From: an uncultured Collinsella sp. | GTDB taxonomy: Bacteria; Actinomycetota; Coriobacteriia; Coriobacteriales; Coriobacteriaceae | Direction of reading: 5' to 3' | DNA length: 64,000 bases | Assembly (NCBI GenBank): GCA_900543595.1 | Contig: UQRX01000003.1 | Coordinates: 7,178-71,177, forward strand | Shown: positions 56,966-64,000 of the stretch, one piece after another | Layout: each line of letters starts with the position of its first letter | Numbering within the stretch: the first letter of the stretch is position 1 | Notes under the pieces: generated by a model | The model's input: the letters and a program-made list of their open reading frames with translations, nothing else | What the model was told of the DNA's origin: nothing | Database searches by the model: none | Position numbers and translations under genes: made by a program

Positions 56966-57087
56966 CAGTACCGTTTGCGGGGACGGTGCGTGCGGGGCGA
57001 CATATATCACGTACAATGGTTCGGATCGTATCGTTCGGGCAGGTAATCCGCTATGCTCGAGCGCCCTTCCATTTTGAAAGGACTCTC

Positions 57088-58422
57088 ATGTCCCAGTCCT
57101 CGACGCCCGCTGTCGCCGATGCCATCTACGACGCATCGTCGCTCGGCCGCCCGCGCATGTTTTTGCTCGGTCTGCAGCATCTGTTTGCCATGTTTGGCGC
57201 CACGGTGCTGGTGCCTGTGCTCACTGGTCTCTCGGTTTCGGCAACGCTATTGTTTGCCGGCTTGGGCACGCTGCTCTTCCACTTCCTGTCGCGTGGCAAG
57301 GTGCCCGCATTTCTAGGTTCTTCGTTTGCCTTCATCGCGGGCTATGCCGCCATCGCGCCTAACGGTGAGGCCGAGCTTTTGCCCTATGCGTGCCTGGGCG
57401 TTGCCTGCGCCGGCCTGCTCTATCCGGTGCTGGCGGCGCTCTTCCGCGCGTTTGGCGCCAAGCGCGTTATGCGCTTCTTTCCGCCGGTGGTGACCGGCCC
57501 CATCGTCATTTCCATCGGCCTGATCTTGGCAAGCTCTGCCATCGCCAACTGCCAGACCAATTGGCTTGTGGCCGTTATCGCTGTGGCCGTTATCGTCATC
57601 TGCAACATTTGGGGCCGCGGCATGGTCAAGATTGTGCCGATTTTGCTGGGCGTTGTGGTGAGCTATGCCGTTGCGACTGCGCTGGGCGAGGTCGATTTTT
57701 CGGGCGTCGCAGCTGCTCCCTGGGTTGGTTTGCCCATCGTGTGGGATAACACCGTGTTTGCGCTCTTTGGGGCGCAGCTCGATAGCAGTCTTGCCACGAC
57801 GGCCATCATCACCATCATGCCGCTGGCCTTTGCGACCATGATCGAGCATATCGGTGATATCTCCGCTATCGGCTCCACCTGCGAGCGCAACTACATTGCC
57901 GATCCTGGTCTGCATCGCACGCTGCTCGGCGATGGTCTCGCCACGATTCTGGCTTCTCTCTTTGGCGCTCCGGCCAACACCACGTATGGCGAGAATACCG
58001 GTGTGCTCGCCCTGACGCGCGTGTTCGACCCGCGCGTAATCCGCATTGCCGCGTGTTGCGCCATCGTGCTTTCGTTCTGCCCCAAGTTCGCCGCGGCCAT
58101 CGCCGCCATGCCGGCATGCGTTATCGGCGGCGTGTCGCTCGTGCTCTACGGCATGATCAGCGCTGTGGGTGTTCGCAACCTCATCGAGAACCAGGTCGAT
58201 TTCCAGAACAACCGCAACGTGCTGGTGGCCGCGCTGGTGCTCGTGCTTTCGCTCGGCATTGCCTATAGCACCGCCGGAGCTATCGTGTTGGAGCTGGGCG
58301 GCGTGACCATTTCGCTGTCCGGCATTGCCGTGGGCTCGCTGGTTGGCATCGTGCTCAACGCGATTCTGCCGGGTAACGACTTCGAGTTCGACGTTTCTGA
58401 GCTTGAGGAGACTGTCGAGTAG
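57088..58422 (+). CDS. NCS2-family uracil/xanthine-type permease
   Basis: GLQHLFAMFGATVLVP and NTTYGENTGVLALTRV signature. ATG at 57088. Confidence 0.8.
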   Translation: MSQSSTPAVADAIYDASSLGRPRMFLLGLQHLFAMFGATVLVPVLTGLSVSATLLFAGLGTLLFHFLSRGKVPAFLGSSFAFIAGYAAIAPNGEAELLPYACLGVACAGLLYPVLAALFRAFGAKRVMRFFPPVVTGPIVISIGLILASSAIANCQTNWLVAVIAVAVIVICNIWGRGMVKIVPILLGVVVSYAVATALGEVDFSGVAAAPWVGLPIVWDNTVFALFGAQLDSSLATTAIITIMPLAFATMIEHIGDISAIGSTCERNYIADPGLHRTLLGDGLATILASLFGAPANTTYGENTGVLALTRVFDPRVIRIAACCAIVLSFCPKFAAAIAAMPACVIGGVSLVLYGMISAVGVRNLIENQVDFQNNRNVLVAALVLVLSLGIAYSTAGAIVLELGGVTISLSGIAVGSLVGIVLNAILPGNDFEFDVSELEETVE

Positions 58423-58444
58423 TAGTTGTGTTCAGCTAAATCAA

Positions 58445-58480
58445 AAATATGGCGCCCATGCGTACGCGTGGGCGCCATTT
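58445..58480. terminator. bidirectional rho-independent terminator
   Basis: aaaatatggcgcccatgcg ta cgcgtgggcgccattttt, between the convergent permease and esterase genes. Confidence 0.75.
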
Positions 58481-59263
58481 TTAATGCGTCAGTATCCAGT
58501 GTATGCCGCGGGCCATGCGCAAGTCGGTTTGGGCAAAGTGATTGCCGGGGTTGAGCTCCATCGTTGTTGGAATGCCGCGCTCGATGAGTAGCTCTTCCAT
58601 TGCGCGCGTGTCGTCGAGTACGTGCCTCATCATGCGGTTGGGTGTCTTGGTTTCCTTTTTGCCGAGTGACAGATAGACGGCTTGCGGGCTGCCGGCAAAA
58701 GGGGCCGTGCTGGCGCGATCGACAAAGTCGGGAAACCATAGCGACCCCGATGCGCTCGCCGCGCGGCCAAAGACATCGGTTTGCCAGAGGGCCCAAAGCG
58801 AAAAGAGGCCCGCCAGCGAATAACCGGCAATGCCACGCCAAACAGGTGGCTGAGGAAGCGACGACTCCACCTGGGGGATTATCTGATTCAGCAGCTCATC
58901 AAGAAAACCGGCGGCTTGGCCGCCGAAAGGTTCGGCATCGCGTACGGTCCCGTCGCATGCCCAGGGGCTCAGCTCGCGATTCCAATCGAGCCCGCCAATG
59001 GCGACAAGAGTAAAAGGCGGGCAGTCGAGCTCTCGGCAGCGCCCGTAAACCTCGCTGCCGTTGCCCATGACCACGGGAAGGTAGATGACGGGCACACCTT
59101 CCGCATGCTCTGAATGAACGGTTATCTGCTTTTGCGATTCCAAGGCAGGCTTCTCTCGGTGGTGTGATATCGGCAGCCCCAATTGTCGCACGCCAGCGTA
59201 TGCCGGTTGGACAGCATCAAGAACATTCGCGCGCGTCGTGCGGGCGCAAACAGAAAACGCCAC
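58481..59263 (-). CDS. alpha/beta-fold esterase (IroE / enterochelin-esterase-like)
   Basis: GxSxG nucleophile GIAGYSLAG and GNHF near the C-terminus. The true start is probably downstream of 59263, because the first codons overlap the terminator hairpin of the upstream gene. Confidence 0.65.
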   Translation of the reverse strand: MAFSVCARTTRANVLDAVQPAYAGVRQLGLPISHHREKPALESQKQITVHSEHAEGVPVIYLPVVMGNGSEVYGRCRELDCPPFTLVAIGGLDWNRELSPWACDGTVRDAEPFGGQAAGFLDELLNQIIPQVESSLPQPPVWRGIAGYSLAGLFSLWALWQTDVFGRAASASGSLWFPDFVDRASTAPFAGSPQAVYLSLGKKETKTPNRMMRHVLDDTRAMEELLIERGIPTTMELNPGNHFAQTDLRMARGIHWILTH

Positions 59264-59288
59264 CGCCGGAGGGGAGCTCGGCGGTGGC
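59259..59288 (-). terminator. terminator of surface-protein paralog 2
   Basis: The minus strand reads gccaccgccg agctcccct cggcggtggc followed by gttttctgtttg. Confidence 0.6.
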
Positions 59289-59355
59289 GTTGCTAAACGG
59301 TGTACAGGCTAGCACTTCTGTGGGCGCCGTCCCGTGCGTTAAAGGCCAAAGACGT

Positions 59356-61140
59356 CTATGAGCGCTTGCGGCTCACCACGGCGCCTGCGGCGATGGCGGC
59401 TGTTCCCGCAAGGGCGGCTGCCACGATGGCTGCGCTCGAGGCGTCGCCGGTTGCCGCGAGCTTGCCGGTAGTCTTGGCTTTCGTGGTTGAAGCCGCAACG
59501 GCCTTGGTCGGCTTTGAGCCCTCAGGCTTGGGGTTCTGCTTGGACTCCGCGGGCTTGCTTTCTGCGGGCTTGGTCTCGTCGGGCTTGGGGTCTTCCGGCT
59601 TGGCTACCTCGGGAGGTGCGATGGTCGTACTTTTGGCGACTGCTTTGATATAGAGGGAGTCGACCGTGGCGTCGCCCGTGCCGATGGCTTGGCCTGCCTC
59701 GTAGATGCCGTCACGGAGCTTGCGATAGTCAATGACCTTGCCGCCTTCGGGCGTCTGGATGGCGGCGTTCTCAATCTTGATGGTGCCGATTGTCTTGCCG
59801 TCAGCGCTCATGGCACGGGCAAAGATTGCCGCTGTATCTCCTTCGGCCGTTACCTTGCTGCGGATGATCGAGATGACTGCGGGTGTGACGCCCTCGCTGG
59901 TCTGGGCGATGATGCCGATGTTCTCGCCTTGGGGTTCGCGCCTCGTCTCGCCATCTTGGTTTTCGCTGTAGGGGATGGGGCCGTCGCCGTTTTCGACATA
60001 GCGGGCTATGGCCTTGACAACGGAGTCGCTGATGTAGATGTGGCCGCCCTTCTCGTTGGGTCGATCGTTTCTGGTGGAGAATGCAGCCGAAACCTCGCCT
60101 TCCGCAAACGCGTCCACGGTGGAGCCGTTCTTGACGACGATGTCGTCCTGGTAGGTGAAGAGGGCGTTGGCGCCACCGTATCTGCCTTTACTTGCACGGA
60201 CCGTCACGTTTGCATGATCGAGGGTGATGCCCTTGTGGGCATAGACGCCATATTCAACACCGTTTACGTTGAGGGAGGCGTTTGTGGCTGCGAGGCTGCC
60301 CTTGGCCTCGACGGCAGCGTCTTTCTCGGAGCTTGCCTTGACCTGGCTGCCGTCCGAGATGTTGATATTGCCGCCGCTCCAAAGGGCCTCACCATCGGCT
60401 GAGCTTGCCTCGACCGTCCCGCCACCCTTGATGGTGAGGTTCTTGTCGGCTCCAATACCCTTGTCCTTGGTAGCCCTGGCGGTGACGGCTCCGCTGTCGT
60501 CAATCGTGATATTGCCGTTTGCCCTGATGCCATCCGATGCACCCGTGGCGTTGACGTTGCCCGAACCTTTGATAGCGAGATCACCTCCGGCATTGATGGC
60601 ATCAAACCCAGTGCTCGTGGCGTTGACGGATCCGGCTCCGTCGATGTTGATATTACCCGTGGAGAGGATAGCGTCCTCAGTAGATGTCACGCTGAGCGTG
60701 CCGCCCTCGTCGCCTTGGATATTGAGCTCGGCATTCTCGTTAGTGCCATGAGAAACGTTGATGCTTTCGATCCATTCGGCAGTGACGATGTTGGTTCCCG
60801 AGTAATTCACGTTGAGCTTGCCTGCGGCCTGGATCTCGCCGCCGTTATAGTTGTTGAGCTTCAAGTCGTCGGCGCCGTCCCACGACCAGGTACCGGCCTC
60901 GTCGCTCGCCGCGGTGTTGTACTTGTTGCCGCCGACCTTGACCCATTCCGCTGCGAGCGAGACGCTCGGCATGAGCAGCGAGCTCACCGTGAGCGCGCAC
61001 ACGGCGCCCGCAACGATGCGGCGCGTCACGCGGCGCCAGCTGCCGTGCGCGAGTCCTATGCGACGGCGAACGTCGGGTTCGGCAACATGGGTTCCGGCGG
61101 TAGTGTCATTGCGTTTGGGGGTCGTGAACAAGGCTGCCAT
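59356..61140 (-). CDS. LAXTG-anchored beta-helix surface protein, paralog 2
   Basis: The ATG at 61140 gives MAALFTTPKRNDTTAG...WRRVTRRIVAGAVCALTVSSLLMPSVSLAAEW. C-terminal Pro/Lys-rich stalk, LAATGD, hydrophobic segment, SRKRS. Confidence 0.8.
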   Translation of the reverse strand: MAALFTTPKRNDTTAGTHVAEPDVRRRIGLAHGSWRRVTRRIVAGAVCALTVSSLLMPSVSLAAEWVKVGGNKYNTAASDEAGTWSWDGADDLKLNNYNGGEIQAAGKLNVNYSGTNIVTAEWIESINVSHGTNENAELNIQGDEGGTLSVTSTEDAILSTGNINIDGAGSVNATSTGFDAINAGGDLAIKGSGNVNATGASDGIRANGNITIDDSGAVTARATKDKGIGADKNLTIKGGGTVEASSADGEALWSGGNINISDGSQVKASSEKDAAVEAKGSLAATNASLNVNGVEYGVYAHKGITLDHANVTVRASKGRYGGANALFTYQDDIVVKNGSTVDAFAEGEVSAAFSTRNDRPNEKGGHIYISDSVVKAIARYVENGDGPIPYSENQDGETRREPQGENIGIIAQTSEGVTPAVISIIRSKVTAEGDTAAIFARAMSADGKTIGTIKIENAAIQTPEGGKVIDYRKLRDGIYEAGQAIGTGDATVDSLYIKAVAKSTTIAPPEVAKPEDPKPDETKPAESKPAESKQNPKPEGSKPTKAVAASTTKAKTTGKLAATGDASSAAIVAAALAGTAAIAAGAVVSRKRS

Positions 61141-61344
61141 GGTTGCTCCCGTTCTCATAGGGCCTATACGACTAGATTCAGCGTATCTGCTGGATGTTGC
61201 CGGCGGTAGTGCCGTTTGGAGGGCAAAATGGCCAAAATGGGGGAGAAATAGGCCGCACGCCGGCGCAGGGACCGGCGCTAAAAGAAAAGCGCGGGGCCGC
61301 ATGGCGACTCCGCGCTTTATTGTTCAGCTTTTGCAGCCTTGCCC

Positions 61345-61390
61345 TTACGCTACGAAGAAGTAGACGAGGAAGGCAAGGGTCGCGATCCAC
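61345..61390 (-). pseudogene. relic of the last 14 codons plus stop of the NCS2 permease gene, carried along by the tandem duplication
   Basis: The minus strand reads WIATLAFLVYFFVA*, against WIAALAFLVYFFVA* at 63392-63436. The terminator hairpin is also copied (about 61285-61320). Confidence 0.75.
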
Positions 61391-61411
61391 CCGTCCCGTG
61401 CGAAAAAGTGT

Positions 61412-63184
61412 TTACGAGCGCTTGCGGCTCACCACGGCGCCCGCGGCGATGGCGGCTGTTCCTGCAAGGGCGGCTGCCACGATGGCTGCGTTCGAGGCGT
61501 CGCCGGTTGCCGCGAGCTTGCCGGTGGTCTTGGCTCCCGTGGCTGCAACTGCAACGGTCTTGGTCGTCTTCGTGCCCTCGGACTTGGAACCCTCGGGCTT
61601 GGTCTCGCCTGGCTTCTCCTCGGGTTTGATCTCCTCGGGAGGCGCGATGACCGTGCTCTTGGCGACAGCTTCATCGTAGGGGGAGTCGACCGTGGCGTCG
61701 CCCGTGCCGATGGTCTGCCCCGCCTCGTAGACGATGCCGTCGCTGAGCTCTTCCTTGTTGCGATGGTCAATGACTTTGCCGCCTGCAGGCGCCTGGATGA
61801 TGGCGTCCTTGATTTCGATGGTGCCGATCGCCTTGCCGTCCGCGCTCATGGCAAGGGCGAAGATTGCCGCCGTGTCTCCCTCGGCCGTGACCCTGCTGCG
61901 GGCGATCGAGATGGTCGCGGGCGTGATGCCCTCGCTGGTCTGCGCGAAGATGCCGATGTTCAGGCCCTCGGACTCAGGGATGATTTCGTCGTTTTGGTCT
62001 CCACTGTAGTGGTCGGGGCCGTCGCCGCCGGTCTCGGCATAGCGGGCTATGGCCTTGACAACGGAGTCGCTGATGTAGATATGGCCACCCGCTTCGCCGG
62101 AGTAGAAATTACTGGTGGAGATTGCAACCGAGAACCTGCCTTCTGCGAGCGCATCCACAGTCGAGCCGTTCTTGATGACGATGTCGTCCTCATCGGTGAA
62201 GAGTGCGCTGACTTCCCCGCCATCTGAGCTTGCGCGGACCGTCACGGTCGCGCCATCGAGCGTGATGCCCTTGTAGACATAGATGCCATACCCAACGCCA
62301 CTTGCGTTGAGGGAAGCGTTCGTGACCGTGAGGCTGTTTTTACCGTCGATGGCGGCGTCTTCCTCGGAGCTTGCCTTGACCTGGCTGCCACCCGAGATCT
62401 CGATGTTGCCGTCGGCCCAAATCGCATTGTCTTTGATAGAGCTTGCCTCTACCTTGCCGCCGCCCTTTATGATGAGGTTCTCGTTAGCATCGATACCCTG
62501 ATCCTCGGTGGCCTTGGCGGTGACGGTTCCGCTGCTGTCGATCGTGATGTTGCCGTCGGCCCTGATGCCATCCGAATCGCCCGTGGCGTTAACGTTTCCC
62601 GAGCCCTTGATGGTGACATCGCCCCCGGCATCGATGGCATCGTGCTCGGTGCTCGTGGCGTTGACAGTGCCAGCGCCGTCGATGTTGATGTTGCCGACGG
62701 AAGTGATGGCGTCACGAGAAGATGTCACGTTGAGCGTGCTGGACGCGTCGCCCTGAATATTAAGCTCGGCGTTCTCGTTCGCGCCATCCTTAACCTTGAT
62801 GCCGCGGCCGTCGTCGTTAGTGACGGTGTTGTTGCCCTCGTAGCTCACGTTGAGCTTGCCCGCTGCCTCGATCGCGCCGCCGTTATAGCCGTTGAGCTTC
62901 ATGTCGTCGGCGCCGTCCCAGGCCCAGGTGCCGGCCTCGTCGCCCGCTGCAGTGCCGGCGTTGTACTGGGTGCCGCCAACGTCGATCCATTCGGCGGCAA
63001 GCGAGATGCTCGGCATGAGCAACGAGCTCACCGTAAGCGCGCATACGGCGCCTACAACGATGCGGCGTGTCACGCGGCGCCAGCTGCCGTGTGCGAGCAG
63101 CGTGCGACGGCGCACGTCGGGCTCGACAAAATGGGCTCCAGAGGTTTTGTCATTGCGCTTGGGGGTCGTGAACAAGGCGGCCAT
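61412..63184 (-). CDS. LAXTG-anchored beta-helix surface protein, paralog 3
   Basis: The ATG at 63184 gives MAALFTTPKRNDKTSG... It has the same architecture and C-terminal LAATGD sorting signal as paralog 2. Confidence 0.8.
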   Translation of the reverse strand: MAALFTTPKRNDKTSGAHFVEPDVRRRTLLAHGSWRRVTRRIVVGAVCALTVSSLLMPSISLAAEWIDVGGTQYNAGTAAGDEAGTWAWDGADDMKLNGYNGGAIEAAGKLNVSYEGNNTVTNDDGRGIKVKDGANENAELNIQGDASSTLNVTSSRDAITSVGNINIDGAGTVNATSTEHDAIDAGGDVTIKGSGNVNATGDSDGIRADGNITIDSSGTVTAKATEDQGIDANENLIIKGGGKVEASSIKDNAIWADGNIEISGGSQVKASSEEDAAIDGKNSLTVTNASLNASGVGYGIYVYKGITLDGATVTVRASSDGGEVSALFTDEDDIVIKNGSTVDALAEGRFSVAISTSNFYSGEAGGHIYISDSVVKAIARYAETGGDGPDHYSGDQNDEIIPESEGLNIGIFAQTSEGITPATISIARSRVTAEGDTAAIFALAMSADGKAIGTIEIKDAIIQAPAGGKVIDHRNKEELSDGIVYEAGQTIGTGDATVDSPYDEAVAKSTVIAPPEEIKPEEKPGETKPEGSKSEGTKTTKTVAVAATGAKTTGKLAATGDASNAAIVAAALAGTAAIAAGAVVSRKRS

Positions 63185-63391
63185 GGTTACTCCCATCCTC
63201 ATAGGGCCTATGCGATTACGCCCAGCATATCTGCAGGATGTAGCCGGCGGTAGTGCCGTTTGGAGGGCAAAATGTCCAAAACTTGGGAAGCAATACATCG
63301 CGCGTCCGTGCGTTGCCTGGCTTTAAAAGAAAAGCGCGGAGCCGCTCGATGCGACTCCGCGCTTTAGTGTTCTGCTTTGGCAGCTTTGCCG

Positions 63392-64000
63392 TTACGCTAC
63401 AAAGAAGTAGACGAGGAAGGCGAGGGCTGCGATCCACATGAGCGGCTTGATCTTGGAGGCCTCGCCCTTAAAGAGCGCGACGATCACGTAGGCGATAAAG
63501 CCCAGACCAATGCCGGCAGAGATGGAGTAGGTGAAGGGCACGCCGGCGACAATCATGAACGCCGGGAAACCCTGCGACACGTCGGACCAGTCGATCTCGG
63601 AGGCCTCGCTCATCATGAGGTAGCCGACGTAGACCAGAGCGCCGCAGGTGGCGGCGCTGGAAACGATGGTGACGATGGGGGAGAAGAACGCGGCGAGAAT
63701 GAACAGCACGCCGGTGGTGACGGAGGTGAGGCCCGTGCGGCCACCGTCGGCGGCGCCGGAAGTGGACTCGACGAAGGTGGTGATGGAGGAGACGCCCATA
63801 AAGCCACCGGCAGCAGCGGCCACGGAGTCGACGACCAGGATGGGACGGATGTCCTCGACATTGCCGTCCTCGGTCAGGAACTCGCCCTGCTTGGCGACGG
63901 CCATCGCGGTGCCCATGGTGTCAAAGAAGTCGCTCATGAGCAACGAGAAGGCAACGACGAGCAGCATCGGGTCGGTCAGAACCTTCACGATGGCCATGTT
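63392..64000 (-). CDS. NCS2-family (AzgA/PbuG-like) purine permease, C-terminal part (5' end outside the window)
   Basis: FVESTSGAADGGRTGLTSV motif and several TM helices. The ORF continues past the window end. Confidence 0.8.
   Translation of the reverse strand, partial: NMAIVKVLTDPMLLVVAFSLLMSDFFDTMGTAMAVAKQGEFLTEDGNVEDIRPILVVDSVAAAAGGFMGVSSITTFVESTSGAADGGRTGLTSVTTGVLFILAAFFSPIVTIVSSAATCGALVYVGYLMMSEASEIDWSDVSQGFPAFMIVAGVPFTYSISAGIGLGFIAYVIVALFKGEASKIKPLMWIAALAFLVYFFVA

Noticed and set aside
59259-59263. Esterase start at 59263.
   Set aside because: The first codons overlap the terminator hairpin of the upstream surface-protein gene, and no SD is visible. A downstream TTG or GTG start (for example near 59150) is more plausible, but I cannot fix it from sequence alone. 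The gene call is retained with reduced confidence.

Overview
High-GC (about 60%) chromosomal segment, most likely from a Gram-positive actinobacterium. A Coriobacteriia-like organism is my inference from gene content and the LAXTG sorting signals, not a database result. About 57 protein genes are supported.

Most are housekeeping or transport genes:
- prfC, ung, dus, trmO, trmL, rlmA-like and rsmJ-like;
- a thiM / DUF77 / thiE operon behind a clear TPP riboswitch;
- a yhhQ-type transporter behind a candidate preQ1-I riboswitch;
- ABC, EamA, MATE, NCS2, ClC and K+ channel transporters;
- LysR, GntR, LuxR and XRE regulators;
- two hybrid histidine kinases linked to solute-binding domains.

No rRNA, tRNA, CRISPR array, transposase, integrase or prophage was recognised.

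The unusual content is mostly non-coding or architectural:
1. A family of intergenic palindromes shares an asymmetric GGGAC(A/G)GT(T/C)C(C/T)TT core, with at least 12 occurrences. The stems co-vary, and several copies abut or supply gene stop codons.
2. Two gene modules are each bracketed by direct copies of the same about 30-bp hairpin. One is an orphan membrane-protein gene that is also flanked by inverted about 180-bp long-hairpin repeats. The other is an AAA+ ATPase-wHTH gene plus a class II UvrA gene, sitting behind a Tet-like ribosomal-protection GTPase.
3. Two unrelated arrays each hold three tandem hairpin units.
4. Three LAXTG-anchored beta-helix surface-protein paralogs are present. 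Two form a precise 2.05-kb tandem duplication that carries a relic of the neighbouring permease 3' end. In the third, the canonical SD-ATG start is knocked out of frame at a C4/C5 tract.
5. Smaller oddities are a TrmL with an insertion of about 45 aa, an EAL-domain remnant next to a GGDEF-PAS-degenerate-GGDEF gene, and an XRE/Zn-ribbon/TipAS fusion.

I cannot show that any of these is a new biological system. The hairpin-bracketed modules and the repeat families are the best candidates for follow-up.
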